Under the pieces are notes generated by a model that was not told the DNA's origin, did not search any database, and saw only the letters and a program-made list of their open reading frames with translations. A DNA stretch of 64,000 nt from Candidatus Cloacimonadota bacterium (GTDB lineage: Bacteria > Cloacimonadota > Cloacimonadia > JGIOTU-2): contig JBNGBT010000003.1 of assembly GCA_049903315.1 (NCBI GenBank), forward strand, positions 1-64,000, given 5' to 3'. Position 1 is the first letter of the stretch. The number at the start of each line of letters is the position of its first letter. This document shows positions 1 to 10,769 of the stretch, piece by piece. The position numbers were made by a program, and so were the translations under genes.

Positions 1-1
1 T

Positions 2-67
2 GACGAGTTAACACCAATGGAGAAATTAATAGCATATTTCTTCCCTAAAAGTGTAAACAACGCGTGA
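2..67 (+). CDS. Possible 3' end of a gene entering from the left edge (DELTPMEKLIAYFFPKSVNNA*)
   Basis: Open frame from base 2 to TGA at 65-67, convergent with the next gene; too short to identify. Confidence 0.3.
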   Translation, partial: DELTPMEKLIAYFFPKSVNNA

Positions 68-83
68 AAATCTTACAGAGGAA

Positions 84-725
84 TTATAAATTCTCAATTA
101 TTTCTAGATATTTTTCTATTGGTTGATTACCGACTAATTCGTGTTTCTCATTAATAATAATTTTGGGAACTGCGCTTACGGAATATTTGATAGATTCCGT
201 GGTAAAGGTCTGCGCTTCTACCATATCTGCAGAGATGCGGTCGTTCAACATTGCGAGGTGGTGGGCATTGCTTACAGCGCCCGGGCAGTGTGGGCATCTC
301 AGTGTAATAAACACCTGGATGTGCACATCCTTTTTGATTTCGTTAATGCGTTTCATGAGTTCTTCGTTGAGATCATGCTTCTGTCCGGAAACTTCGAGCA
401 AGCTCGAGATAAAGGAGTTGATCTCATAGCCGCCGGGAAGACCGAAAAATCGTATGCCGTTGTCTTTGCCTTCAGCAGCCAAAATAACCATTGCAGGTAT
501 CTTATCGACACCATATTTTTCTGCGAGGTTTTTGTCCTTTTTGAAATCGTACACTTTTAATTCCAATTTATCTGAGAGTGTTACAAATTCATTAAGAAAT
601 TCATGTTCTTCCTTACAGGTTTCACACTCAAATTCCTGTGTGAAAAATGCGATGGTAACTTTATTTTGAAGCTTCTGCAAAATTTCTTTAAGCTGTGTTT
701 TTATCTGTTCTGTAAATAGATCCAT
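84..725 (-). CDS. Protein disulfide oxidoreductase / glutaredoxin-like protein with two thioredoxin folds
   Basis: Two CxxC motifs (CETC, CPHC), GIRFFGLPGGYE segment and cis-Pro motif SAVP typical of the PDO/AhpF N-terminal family. Confidence 0.88.
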   Translation of the reverse strand: MDLFTEQIKTQLKEILQKLQNKVTIAFFTQEFECETCKEEHEFLNEFVTLSDKLELKVYDFKKDKNLAEKYGVDKIPAMVILAAEGKDNGIRFFGLPGGYEINSFISSLLEVSGQKHDLNEELMKRINEIKKDVHIQVFITLRCPHCPGAVSNAHHLAMLNDRISADMVEAQTFTTESIKYSVSAVPKIIINEKHELVGNQPIEKYLEIIENL

Positions 726-800
726 GTTGATAATCCTTTCAATACTTATTTTTTATACCGTCAAGGTATATTTATTGGGATAATATATAACTGGTTGAGC

Positions 801-1245
801 AAATGTCAAAATCCTAATTTCTAATTACAAATAAATTGCCAAAATCCAAATGTCAAAAGTAAGAGAAACTTGAAATTAGAAATTCTTGGATCGTACTTAT
901 CACACGCTCTAAACCAAGATGAACTTGAGACATGTCGAAATGATTATATTTGTGTAAATGGTTATCTCACACTTGTGAAAAATTTTTTGACCTGTGACAA
1001 GTATTCAGACTGAAGAGCATGTCTTAAGTTAGAAATAATATATCGTACTTATCACAAGCTCTTCGACCTGTGACAAGTCCTTAACGAATAAAATGTCAAA
1101 ATCTAAATGTCAAATGATGAGAGAAACTTGAAAATTGAAGTTAGAAATTAGAAATTACTTGTCACGGCGTATCCCGATCTATCGGGAGAAGACGGAGAAA
1201 TTTGGAATTCCCAACTCAACGATTGTTGATCTGTGAAAAATTTTC
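801..1245. repeat. Composite intergenic repeat region: 7-nt-periodic arms, ACTTATCACA...TGTGACAAGT hairpins and a TCCCGAT-ATCGGGA palindrome
   Basis: TCAAAATCCTAATTTCTAAT at 806-825; internal near-duplication (841-885 vs 1098-1157; TCGTACTTATCACA twice); hairpin at 1047-1078. Confidence 0.7.
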
Positions 1246-1262
1246 AAGCAGAATAATAAACG

Positions 1263-2654
1263 TTAGAGTATATACTTCGTCAAATCTTCGTCGGTAATGA
1301 TCTTTGCGAGTTTTTGTGTGACCAGCTCTTTTGTGATCTTTATATTTTCAGTTTTACTATCAGGCAGTTCGTAGAGATAATCTTCCAGCAGAATGGAGAG
1401 GACAGTATGCAGTCTTCGTGCACCGATGTCCTCCATTTTTGTGTTGGCAAGCGCAGCAAAATTTGAAATTTCTTTGATCGCACCTGATGTGAAGCGCACG
1501 CTTACGCCTTCTGTTTTGAGCATTTCAGTATATTGTTTGATCAGCGCATTTTTAGGAAGTGTGAGTATCTTTGCGAAGTCCTCTTCAGTAAGACTTTTCA
1601 GCTCGACGCGAATCGGGAATCTGCCCTGTAATTCCGGGATCAGGTCGGAGGGTTTGGAAACATGGAATGCGCCCGAGGCAATAAAGAGGATATGGGTTGT
1701 GTCTACCATGCCGTATTTGGTAGGAACATTTGTGCCTTCAATAATAGGAAGCAGGTCGCGCTGTACACCTTCGCGGGACACATCTGGTCCATGCTGGGAT
1801 TTTTCTCCAGCGATCTTGTCTATTTCATCAAGAAAGACAATGCCGTTCTCTTCGACACGCGTGATTGCGATCTCTTTTACATCGCTCATGTCAACAAGCT
1901 TTTTGGATTCATTATAAAAGAGGTAATCGAGTGCTTCACTGACCTTCATCTTCTTGCGTTTGCCGCCAGAAGAATGTCCGGGCATGAAGCCGGCAAGGAT
2001 CTCGCCCATATTTATATCAAAACTATCCATACCCATGCCTGAGAATACTTCGATCCGCGGTTCAGGCATATCATCGAGCTTCATCTCCACTTCTCTATTG
2101 TCGAGCGAGCCGCTCTGGAGCATCTTTCGGAACTTTGCCTTGTTTCTCTCGTGCTTTGCTTTTTCCTCTTCGAATGTTTTTCGTTCCAGTTTCTGCTCTT
2201 CGAGAGAAAGGTTTGTTTTGCGCTGTCGCTTGAGCGGAGGGAGAAGAAGATCGAGTACTTTTTCTTCAGCACGTTCCCGCGCTTCCTCTTCGACTTCCAT
2301 GGTGAGTTCGTCGCGCACCTGGTTGATCGAAAGACTTACGAGCTCGCGGACAATGGATTCCACATCACGCCCTACATAGCCAACTTCAGTGAATTTCGAC
2401 GCTTCTATCTTTATAAAGGGAGCGTTCACAAGGTTTGCGAGTCTTCTTGATATCTCTGTTTTTCCCACGCCGGTGGGTCCGATTAAAATTATATTGTTTG
2501 GAAGGATTTCATCACGAAGGTCTTCTGACACATTCTGCCTTCTCCAGCGATTTCTGAGAGCGATTGCGACTGCGCGTTTTGCCTTGTCCTGGCTGATGAC
2601 ATATTTATCGAGTTCTTTAACTGTTTGCTTGGGAGTGAGTTCGTACATATCCAT
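1263..2654 (-). CDS. hslU: ATP-dependent protease ATPase subunit HslU
   Basis: AVAIALRNRWRR, GPTGVGKT, EASKFTEVGYVGRDVES, FLDEIDKI, IGARRL. Confidence 0.98.
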   Translation of the reverse strand: MDMYELTPKQTVKELDKYVISQDKAKRAVAIALRNRWRRQNVSEDLRDEILPNNIILIGPTGVGKTEISRRLANLVNAPFIKIEASKFTEVGYVGRDVESIVRELVSLSINQVRDELTMEVEEEARERAEEKVLDLLLPPLKRQRKTNLSLEEQKLERKTFEEEKAKHERNKAKFRKMLQSGSLDNREVEMKLDDMPEPRIEVFSGMGMDSFDINMGEILAGFMPGHSSGGKRKKMKVSEALDYLFYNESKKLVDMSDVKEIAITRVEENGIVFLDEIDKIAGEKSQHGPDVSREGVQRDLLPIIEGTNVPTKYGMVDTTHILFIASGAFHVSKPSDLIPELQGRFPIRVELKSLTEEDFAKILTLPKNALIKQYTEMLKTEGVSVRFTSGAIKEISNFAALANTKMEDIGARRLHTVLSILLEDYLYELPDSKTENIKITKELVTQKLAKIITDEDLTKYIL

Positions 2655-3194
2655 TTAGATTTCCTCTATGACAGTATTGTCATTGGTGTAAATACAGATT
2701 TCTGAAGCTGTTTTAAGCGCTTCTATTACGATATCTTTGGGTGTGTTTTTCTTGTCTTTCATGAGCACCAGTGCAGCGGCTTTTGCATACGGACCGCCGG
2801 AACCTATCGCTGCAATGTTATGATCCGGTTCGATCACGTCGCCGGTACCAGATAACACGAGCAGATGGGTTGCATTGCCTGCGATGATCATTGCTTCGAG
2901 GCGCCGGAGGTACTTATCCGTCCGCCATTCTTTAGCAAGCTCCACCGCAGCTCTCATAAGATTGCCCTTGTATTCTTTGAGCTTTTCTTCGAATTTTTCA
3001 AAAAGAGTGAATGCGTCGGCAGTTGCGCCGGCAAATCCGGCAATGACCTTTCCTTCATAGAGTCTGCGGACTTTATGGGCAGTTGCCTTGAAAATAGTAT
3101 CGCCAAGCGTGACCTGTCCGTCACCGCCGATGGCTACCTTTTTCCCGATTTTCACACCGATTATTGTTGTTCCCTTAAGTTTTATCGTTTCCAT
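2655..3194 (-). CDS. hslV: ATP-dependent protease peptidase subunit HslV
   Basis: TTI catalytic start after a short propeptide, [27 protein letters not shown]. Confidence 0.97.
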   Translation of the reverse strand: METIKLKGTTIIGVKIGKKVAIGGDGQVTLGDTIFKATAHKVRRLYEGKVIAGFAGATADAFTLFEKFEEKLKEYKGNLMRAAVELAKEWRTDKYLRRLEAMIIAGNATHLLVLSGTGDVIEPDHNIAAIGSGGPYAKAAALVLMKDKKNTPKDIVIEALKTASEICIYTNDNTVIEEI

Positions 3195-5106
3195 TCTCTT
3201 TTATATCCTGTGATTTCTTACTTTTACTTTTCTGTTTTTTCTCAACTTTTTTCAGATTTCCATTAAGATACTTCTGATAGATATCATCGATTTCTTCTCC
3301 CGTAAGTGTTTCTTTGTCGAGTAGTTCATTGGCAAGCGTATGCAGGAGGGGTTCATTCTCAGAAAGAATTTTCAGGCATCGCTGGAATTGCGCTTCTATG
3401 ATATCGCGTATTTCCGAATCAACAAGCTTTGTAAGGTCTTCGCTATGATTATTTGATCTGCCGAATTCTTTGCCGAGGAAAATATTTTCATCTTTATCCC
3501 CGATAGTCATAGGACCGATCTTCTCGCTCATACCCCATTCGCAGACCATTTTTTTCGCGAGTTCCGTTGCTCTTTTAATGTCATCTCCTGCACCCGTGGT
3601 TGGCTCTCCGCTGGCGATCTTATCTGCAGCACGTCCGCCAAGCAGGTGTGCGATAGTGGCTTCACAATAACTCTTCGAGTAAGTGAGCCTGTCATCAAGC
3701 GGAAGAAAATGAGTTGAGCCGAGAGAACGCCCGCGGGGAATGATCGTCGCCTTATGAATTGGATCGCTGCCCGGTATGAACTTGGCAACCATCACATGAC
3801 CTGCTTCGTGATAGGCAGTGTTCTTTTTTTGCACATCTGTGAGCACCATGCTTCTGCGCTCCTTACCCATGACTACCTTATCTTTTGCTGTTTCAAAATC
3901 GTCCATATGAACTGCTTTATGACCGACTCGCGCACCCCAGAGTGCGGCTTCATTGACAAGGTTTTCCAGGTCTGCTCCGGAAAAACCAGGTGTGCTTTTT
4001 GCGATCACAGTGAGGTTTACATCCTTTGCAAGAGGTACTTTTCTTACATGAACTTTCAGGATGCCCTCTCGTCCTTTCACATCGGGTCTGTCCACAACGA
4101 CCTGTCTGTCGAAACGACCGGGACGAAGAAGTGCCGGATCAAGAATGTCGGGTCTATTCGTTGCAGCAATGATTATGACGCTTTCATTGTCTTCAAAACC
4201 ATCCATCTCTACTAGAAGCTGATTGAGCGTCTGTTCGCGCTCATCATGACCTCCGCCAAGTCCAGCTCCTCTATGGCGACCAACCGCATCAAGTTCATCA
4301 ATAAAGATGATACAGGGAGAATTTTTCTTACCCTGCTCAAAGAGGTCGCGAACACGAGAAGCACCAACCCCAACGAACATCTCAACAAAATCTGAGCCGC
4401 TTATGCTGAAGAACGGCACTTTTGCCTCACCAGCAACAGCTTTTGCGAGCAATGTTTTTCCTGTTCCCGGAGGACCAAGCAAAATAACGCCCTTTGGAAT
4501 TCTGCCACCCAGTCTCTGAAATTTCTTGGGATCTTTAAGAAATTGAATGATTTCTTCGAGCTCTTCTTTTGCTTCATCAACTCCGGCGACATCCTTGAAG
4601 GTCTTGTTGGAGCGGCTGCCAGTGAACATCTTTGCGCGACTTTTGCCAAAGCTGAAAGCTTTTCCCGCTCCACCCTGCATTCTTCTCATTATAAAGATCC
4701 AGAATCCAATGAATATTATGAAGGGAAGCCAGTATGAGAGAAGTGTAGTGAATATCGACGGCTTCTTCGATATTATCTCAATGTCCTTATGCGTTTCAGC
4801 AATATTCTTTACAAGATCGGGATCATCATAAGGAATATTAGTCTCTTTCTTCTCGCTTCCTATAAAGTAGGTGATGTCCTTACCGCTGAATATAATTTTA
4901 TTCACTTTTCCTGATTCTACTTCTTGCAGGAACTGAGAAACCGAAGGTTCAGAAGATTTTCCCGCCCCACCGGAGAAAAGCTGGAAGAAGGCGACAATAG
5001 CAAGAATTACAATAAGCCAGACAAGGAGTGAGCTTCCCTTTGGAGTGTTGACAGGTAATTTATTTTTGGGAGGTTGGTCTTTTCCTGGAGGTGTTTGATT
5101 AGCCAT
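3175..5106 (-). CDS. ftsH: ATP-dependent zinc metalloprotease FtsH
   Basis: Two TM segments, [29 protein letters not shown] zinc motif. Confidence 0.98.
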   Translation of the reverse strand: MANQTPPGKDQPPKNKLPVNTPKGSSLLVWLIVILAIVAFFQLFSGGAGKSSEPSVSQFLQEVESGKVNKIIFSGKDITYFIGSEKKETNIPYDDPDLVKNIAETHKDIEIISKKPSIFTTLLSYWLPFIIFIGFWIFIMRRMQGGAGKAFSFGKSRAKMFTGSRSNKTFKDVAGVDEAKEELEEIIQFLKDPKKFQRLGGRIPKGVILLGPPGTGKTLLAKAVAGEAKVPFFSISGSDFVEMFVGVGASRVRDLFEQGKKNSPCIIFIDELDAVGRHRGAGLGGGHDEREQTLNQLLVEMDGFEDNESVIIIAATNRPDILDPALLRPGRFDRQVVVDRPDVKGREGILKVHVRKVPLAKDVNLTVIAKSTPGFSGADLENLVNEAALWGARVGHKAVHMDDFETAKDKVVMGKERRSMVLTDVQKKNTAYHEAGHVMVAKFIPGSDPIHKATIIPRGRSLGSTHFLPLDDRLTYSKSYCEATIAHLLGGRAADKIASGEPTTGAGDDIKRATELAKKMVCEWGMSEKIGPMTIGDKDENIFLGKEFGRSNNHSEDLTKLVDSEIRDIIEAQFQRCLKILSENEPLLHTLANELLDKETLTGEEIDDIYQKYLNGNLKKVEKKQKSKSKKSQDIKENGNDKT

Positions 5107-5643
5107 TTACTGATAAATCTCCTTTTTTAAAATTCCGATATAGGGTAGATTCCTATATTTCTCATCGTAATCCAAGCCATATCCTACGATGAATTCATTT
5201 GGTACGTTAAAAGCTTTATATGCCATTCCGATATCAGGTTCGTGCGCATCGACTTTATCCAGAAGCACACACATTTTCAGGGACTTGGGATTTTTACCCT
5301 GAAGATACCGGGTGATATAGTTCAGAGATAATCCGGTATCAACGATATCTTCTATGATCAGCACGTGCCTTTCACTGATATCTATGTTGCAGTCTTTTGT
5401 GATCTGAACGACACCCGAACTTTTCGTGGAATTGCCGTAACTTGCCACTCCCATGAATTCGATCTCAACAGGGATATCCAGAGCTCTCATGATGTCTGCG
5501 AGAAATATAACACCACCCTTAAGAATGCTGATGAGGATGGGATTTTTATCTTTGTAATCCCGGGAAATTTGCTCACCAAGTTCTTTCACTTTTTCCTGAA
5601 TATCCTGTTCTGAAAAAAGAATTTTTTCTATATCATTATGCAT
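5107..5643 (-). CDS. hpt: Hypoxanthine phosphoribosyltransferase
   Basis: LIIEDIVDTGLSL PRPP motif, VGYGLD, YRNLPYI; tilS-hpt-ftsH synteny. Confidence 0.96.
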   Translation of the reverse strand: MHNDIEKILFSEQDIQEKVKELGEQISRDYKDKNPILISILKGGVIFLADIMRALDIPVEIEFMGVASYGNSTKSSGVVQITKDCNIDISERHVLIIEDIVDTGLSLNYITRYLQGKNPKSLKMCVLLDKVDAHEPDIGMAYKAFNVPNEFIVGYGLDYDEKYRNLPYIGILKKEIYQ

Positions 5644-5719
5644 ACGAAACCCTTTTGTATATTTAATTTAAAAAGTATAGGTATAATATACTCACAACCG
5701 CGGATTGGCAAAGCATTAT

Positions 5720-7132
5720 TTATAAACGACGCGCTTTGCGATAGTCCTCGAGTTTTTTCATAATTTTGATTCTGAGCACATGTGTGGTTCGCGATGTCAC
5801 CTTCACGTATTCATGTATACGCATACCCGCAACCCAGATGATCCTGTTTTGATCCTCGATAATGATCTTTTTCTTGCGCTCAAGCCTGGGCACTTTTTCA
5901 TCGATGAAAAATTCTTTAAGTTTCTTTGGATTCTGCATTCCAAGAGGGAAAAAACTGTCTCCGGGCTGACGGTATCTGGCTTTGAGCGGAAATGTGACTT
6001 TGTCAAAATCAATATAACAGGTATCTTCCTCGTGAAAATTGAATCCGTGAATAGGCATAACCTTTATTTCCGATTGCGTGATATAGTAGTCGTCGAAAAG
6101 GATTTGCCGTGTATAGTGATTTATCTCCCTGGAGTAGTTCGAGGTAGTATAATCCGGAGGTGACTTTTTAAAAATGAGCGTATTGGCACTTTTCACGACA
6201 TATACATTATGGGGCAGGTGTATGAATTTACCGCCGGGTCGTCTCAGAAGTTCATAAATTTCTGAAAGATGCACGGAATAAAAATCAGATTCCGAACCGG
6301 TCAGCAAGCCGAATATCCTTCTGAATACATAGAAGTAGAGAACTTCGCTTTGATTAAGTTTGTCCAGAAGCACTACATATTCATCCTCATTCTGCTGAAC
6401 AACATCCTTAAAAATGTCTTTACTATGGGTTTGCAGGAACATATCGGTTTTCTGAAAAATATGAGAGCTGTCGTATATCTTATTTATAACACTTGGATTA
6501 AACTGTTCCTGGATCATCGGAAGAATACGATGCCGTATCTTATTTCTGTCATATCCAAGGTCGTCATTGGACGAATCATGCGAGAAAAGAATTTTATTTT
6601 TCTCGGCAAATGCAGCGATCTCTTCACGCTTGAAAGCCAGCAGAGGACGAATGATGTCACGCCCTTTTGGGAGCATGCCCTTAAGTCCGGTGAATCCGCT
6701 CCCGCGGAATAGGTGCAGCAGAAAGGTCTCTGCCTGGTCATTCATATTGTGCCCGACTGCGATCTTATTAAAATTATATTTTCGCAACAGGTCCCGGAAT
6801 ATCCCATATCGGATTTTTCGTGCCGCATTTTCGATATTTGATTCATCGGAGATCGAAGCATTGTGTACAATAAGGGGGATACCCCATTTGTAGCAGAGAT
6901 TTTTCACGAACTTCTCATTTTCCTTGGATTCATCGCCACGAAGATTGTAGTTGATATGGACAGCAAGAGTTGTTAGCTTGAATTCTGCGGTTATTTTCTT
7001 CAATAAATACAGGAGTACTGTGGAATCAATACCACCGGAAATCCCAATAAGCAGTTTGTCGCCCTGCTCGATAAGGTTCTCATGATGGATGAACTGCTTG
7101 AGACGTATTACAAGATTTTTACGATTATTCAT
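5720..7132 (-). CDS. tilS: tRNA(Ile)-lysidine synthetase
   Basis: SGGIDS PP-loop, ARKIRY, HNMNDQAET, RPLL, RNKIRH, C-terminal TilS_C (KKLKEFFIDEKVP). Confidence 0.96.
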   Translation of the reverse strand: MNNRKNLVIRLKQFIHHENLIEQGDKLLIGISGGIDSTVLLYLLKKITAEFKLTTLAVHINYNLRGDESKENEKFVKNLCYKWGIPLIVHNASISDESNIENAARKIRYGIFRDLLRKYNFNKIAVGHNMNDQAETFLLHLFRGSGFTGLKGMLPKGRDIIRPLLAFKREEIAAFAEKNKILFSHDSSNDDLGYDRNKIRHRILPMIQEQFNPSVINKIYDSSHIFQKTDMFLQTHSKDIFKDVVQQNEDEYVVLLDKLNQSEVLYFYVFRRIFGLLTGSESDFYSVHLSEIYELLRRPGGKFIHLPHNVYVVKSANTLIFKKSPPDYTTSNYSREINHYTRQILFDDYYITQSEIKVMPIHGFNFHEEDTCYIDFDKVTFPLKARYRQPGDSFFPLGMQNPKKLKEFFIDEKVPRLERKKKIIIEDQNRIIWVAGMRIHEYVKVTSRTTHVLRIKIMKKLEDYRKARRL

Positions 7133-7135
7133 ACA

Positions 7136-7723
7136 TTATTTCTGTATATATTTTTCAGTAAAGTCACGCCCACGGTTCAGGGCGTCGAGATTTTTTTGCA
7201 CTACGTCTTCACCTTTGCGTCCAAAAACTGAGCGAATGCCATCCTCGAGCATTTCAAAAGGAATTTCAAGAAAAGGCGAAGCTGCACCAAGTATGACCAT
7301 ATTCATGGAACGCGGAGAGCCGATTTCTTTTGCGATGGCATCACCATCTATCACAATACTGTTTTTGTGTCCTCTTATTTCATTGAGAAGATGTTCCATT
7401 TCCGGGTAATTAGGAATATTCACAAAAGGAGTAACGTTTGTGATAAGCCAGCCATTATGTTTGAGATAGGGAAAATAGCGCAGCGATTCCATTGGTTCCA
7501 CTGCTATGATCATATCTGAGCGCCCATGAGGAACGAGATCGGAGTGGATCTCTTTATCGGAAATTCTTAGGTGGGATTCTACGGCACCACCTCTTTGCGA
7601 CATGCCGTGAACTTCTGCCTGCTTGAGATGCAGATCAGATTGCACAACTGCATAGCCGATGATATTTGCAATAGAAAGAATACCCTGTCCGCCAACACCT
7701 GCAAGTAGAATATCTTTTTTCAT
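7136..7723 (-). CDS. iorB: Indolepyruvate:ferredoxin oxidoreductase beta subunit
   Basis: GVGGQG, EVHGMSQRGGAV, NMVILGA. Confidence 0.92.
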   Translation of the reverse strand: MKKDILLAGVGGQGILSIANIIGYAVVQSDLHLKQAEVHGMSQRGGAVESHLRISDKEIHSDLVPHGRSDMIIAVEPMESLRYFPYLKHNGWLITNVTPFVNIPNYPEMEHLLNEIRGHKNSIVIDGDAIAKEIGSPRSMNMVILGAASPFLEIPFEMLEDGIRSVFGRKGEDVVQKNLDALNRGRDFTEKYIQK

Positions 7724-7735
7724 GATGACCTCCTC

Positions 7736-9328
7736 CTACTTCTGCTTCCGCATCTTTGATGCAATGTGAATACAGGGACGGCGGGGAATAATAACAGACA
7801 CACCATTATAATTTATCTCCTCCTGAATGATCCTTACATTTTCTTCATGATGGGGTTTCAGAGGATTGATAACGCGGATATGCTCTTTCTCAACGCCAAC
7901 GCCCCGGCAAATCTCTTCGATTTTGCCTGTAACTGCCGAGTCCTGCATGCCCGTCATTGCGACAATGCTGTTATCAAGAATTAACACAACAACATTTGCT
8001 TTGGAGTTGACTGCATCCAGCAGCGGTGTCATGCCGGAATGCCCGAAAGTGGAGTCGCCGATCACTGCAATGGATGGGAACAATCCAGCATCTGATGCAC
8101 CAACAGCCATTGATATCGAAGCACCCATATCCACACAGCTATTGATCGCATGAAAGGGAGCAAGGAAACCAAGCGTATAGCATCCTATATCAGCAAAAAC
8201 ATGCCCGGGTCCATATTGTTTCATTGCTTCGTTCAGTGCCAGATATGAATCCCGATGAGGACAGCCCTTGCAAAGTTCGGGTGGTCGCCCCTTCACGATC
8301 TCTGGAATTTCTTTCTTTGGATGTGGCTCGAGCCCGAGTGCAGTCCGAAGTTTAGCAGGATCGAGTTCTCCAACCCGAGGTAGTGTGCCGTCCATTCGTC
8401 CTTTGATATTCAAACTGTTGTCCATATAGCCCCGAAGCCATTCTTCGACCACAGGCATGCCGTCTTCTACAACAAGCACTTCATCGCACTCGTCGATCAT
8501 CTTCGTGATCATCTTTCTTGGAAGGGGATACTGGCATATTTTCAAAATTGGATATTCGCACTCAGCTTCAACATGGTTCTCTTTCACATAATTGTAGCCG
8601 AGTCCGCACGCAATGATACCGAGAGATTTGTCTTTTCCCTCATGATACACATTATATTTTGATTCTTCGGATTCCTTCTCCAGAATTTTATGTTTTTCTA
8701 TCAGATTTTTATAATTCTTTCTCGCAAAAGCAGGGAGCAGCACAAACTGGTTCGGGTTTTCAGGAAGTTTGATTACATTCTCTTTGAGCTGTCTTTTTCT
8801 GATAATACCGGCACGCGAGTGGGACAATCGTGTTACAAGTCTCATAACAACCGGTGTTTTGTGTTTTTCCGAGAGTGCAAAAGCATCAAATGTCATGTCG
8901 TATGCTTCCTGCTGGTTTGAGGGTTCGAAAACCGGAACAAGTGCGAACCTGCCATAATGGCGGGAATCCTGTTCATTTTGAGATGAGTGCATGGAAGGGT
9001 CGTCTGCAACGGCAACGATAAGTCCGCCATTCGTGCCTGTGATGCCGGAATTTACAAACGGATCTGCGGCAACGTTGAGCCCCACATGCTTCATGGTTAC
9101 CAAAGCACGCTTTCCAGTATATGACATGCCGAGAGCTTCTTCCATTGCGGTTTTTTCGTTCGCAGACCAGGTTCTGTGTACATTTCGAACAGCAGCTTCT
9201 TTGCTGTGTTGAACATATTCGAAGATTTCTGTTGAGGGTGTGCCGGGGTAACCGTACGCACCGGATAGACCTGCATCAAGTGCACCTTGTGCAAGAGCTT
9301 CATCACCCAGGAGCAATAATTTGTCCAT
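7736..9328 (-). CDS. iorA: Indolepyruvate:ferredoxin oxidoreductase alpha subunit
   Basis: GYPGTPSTE, MKHVGLNVAAD, SSQNEQD, LCKGCPH, DIGCY, GDSTF TPP motif. Confidence 0.93.
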   Translation of the reverse strand: MDKLLLLGDEALAQGALDAGLSGAYGYPGTPSTEIFEYVQHSKEAAVRNVHRTWSANEKTAMEEALGMSYTGKRALVTMKHVGLNVAADPFVNSGITGTNGGLIVAVADDPSMHSSQNEQDSRHYGRFALVPVFEPSNQQEAYDMTFDAFALSEKHKTPVVMRLVTRLSHSRAGIIRKRQLKENVIKLPENPNQFVLLPAFARKNYKNLIEKHKILEKESEESKYNVYHEGKDKSLGIIACGLGYNYVKENHVEAECEYPILKICQYPLPRKMITKMIDECDEVLVVEDGMPVVEEWLRGYMDNSLNIKGRMDGTLPRVGELDPAKLRTALGLEPHPKKEIPEIVKGRPPELCKGCPHRDSYLALNEAMKQYGPGHVFADIGCYTLGFLAPFHAINSCVDMGASISMAVGASDAGLFPSIAVIGDSTFGHSGMTPLLDAVNSKANVVVLILDNSIVAMTGMQDSAVTGKIEEICRGVGVEKEHIRVINPLKPHHEENVRIIQEEINYNGVSVIIPRRPCIHIASKMRKQK

Positions 9329-9477
9329 TAATCCTTCTCCAACGAGATTTTTTTTTCAAAGAAAGAAAGGGCGGAGAGTTTGTGTCAATGAAATCTTTAT
9401 AATGGTTTTGGGGTTTTTGGATAAATTTTATATTTTCAAAACTTGATAGGAATTTCATCAGAATTTATTTTCTCAAT

Positions 9478-9897
9478 ATGAAGAGAAGTCAAAGAAATAA
9501 TCAGATTTCAGAAATAGGTGAAATTATCAATTTAATCCCCGATTTTACCCGTAAAACAACTGCACAGGAAATCCGCGAGAGGATCACAGGAAAAGACCAC
9601 GATTTATTAATAGCAGAAGATAAAGGACAGTCAGTGGGATTTATTATTGCATATGCGTTGGATAAGAGAACTTATTACAATTGGATCATGGGAGTGCTGC
9701 CCGAATTCAGAGATAAAGGCTACGGCAGACAGCTTATCGAGTTGTTTGAATCCATTGCAATACAGAAGGGATATACTGAAGTAAAAGTCAAAACGACGGA
9801 GAAATTTCTTGCGATGAGACATCTGCTTGCTACATTGAAGTATCAGGAAACCGGATTTGATGAGGAAGGGAAAATCATTCTCAGAAAAAACTTGTAA
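9478..9897 (+). CDS. GNAT family N-acetyltransferase
   Basis: GVLPEFRDKGYG acetyl-CoA-binding motif A; 139 aa. Confidence 0.85.
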   Translation: MKRSQRNNQISEIGEIINLIPDFTRKTTAQEIRERITGKDHDLLIAEDKGQSVGFIIAYALDKRTYYNWIMGVLPEFRDKGYGRQLIELFESIAIQKGYTEVKVKTTEKFLAMRHLLATLKYQETGFDEEGKIILRKNL

Positions 9898-9947
9898 TAA
9901 ATTTTCATCGTTGCATTCTTTTTTATTATTGTTCTGGAGGTACAAAT

Positions 9948-10769
9948 ATGGCAATGGAACTGCCGGAAATGACAAGGATCGCAGGGCAACTCAAAGATGA
10001 ACTTGTTGGTAAGAGTTTTAAAGAAATACTTTTTACCGATAAGGTGAACAAACTCACCGAATGGGGATTCATCAACCTTAAGCAACGTGATATTACTCAT
10101 GCAAAAATTATCGATGTTCGGTCGAGTGGACATTATGTGTTTATTGAAATGGAGAGTGGATATAGTCTTATTTTTGGTGATCTGGTAGGAAAGATTTTGT
10201 ATCATAAAACAAAAGGGGAAGTGTTCGGGAAATTTACTCTCGCTTTTATGCTCTCCAATAATTCGGTGATGACCTTTCACACAACTTTATACGGCTATGC
10301 AATTGCTCTTACTCAAGAAGAGATCGAAGAACATAAATATATCGGTCATGGAGGTATTTCTCCCCTTGATAAAGAATTTACCTATGACCACTTTGAGCGC
10401 ATGCTTAAAGCAAACGAGAAGCTTAAGGTGAAGAAAATCCAGAGTTTGTATGATTATATGATCGGATTTCAGAACGGCTATTTCCAGGATATTTTGTTTT
10501 GCTCGAAAATATCACCACTCAGGAAAATAGGTGAACTTAGTCCCAAAGAGAGAGAGATACTATTCAACTGCCTGATGGATATCATAAAAAAGGCAATAGC
10601 TGAGGACGGCAGTGCAGATGAGGTAGATATTTATGGAGAGCCCGGGCGTTACCAGCGCGTAATGGGGAATCATCTGAAAAACAAGCCATGTCCACGTTGC
10701 GGTACGCCGATCATACAAAAAAATATTCTCGGTTCGAATTCCTATTATTGCGAGAAGTGCCAGAAGTAG
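9948..10769 (+). CDS. Fpg/Nei-family DNA glycosylase-like protein, atypical N-terminus
   Basis: ELPE N-terminal motif, H2TH-like GFQNGYFQDIL, C-terminal zinc finger CPRC...CEKCQ; GGAGG RBS. Confidence 0.85.
   Translation: MAMELPEMTRIAGQLKDELVGKSFKEILFTDKVNKLTEWGFINLKQRDITHAKIIDVRSSGHYVFIEMESGYSLIFGDLVGKILYHKTKGEVFGKFTLAFMLSNNSVMTFHTTLYGYAIALTQEEIEEHKYIGHGGISPLDKEFTYDHFERMLKANEKLKVKKIQSLYDYMIGFQNGYFQDILFCSKISPLRKIGELSPKEREILFNCLMDIIKKAIAEDGSADEVDIYGEPGRYQRVMGNHLKNKPCPRCGTPIIQKNILGSNSYYCEKCQK

Noticed and set aside
84..725. Selenoprotein or recoded redox protein
   Set aside because: Both CxxC motifs use Cys codons; no in-frame TGA.
801..1245. CRISPR array
   Set aside because: Repeats are degenerate, irregularly spaced and partly inverted; no constant repeat-spacer period and no cas genes.
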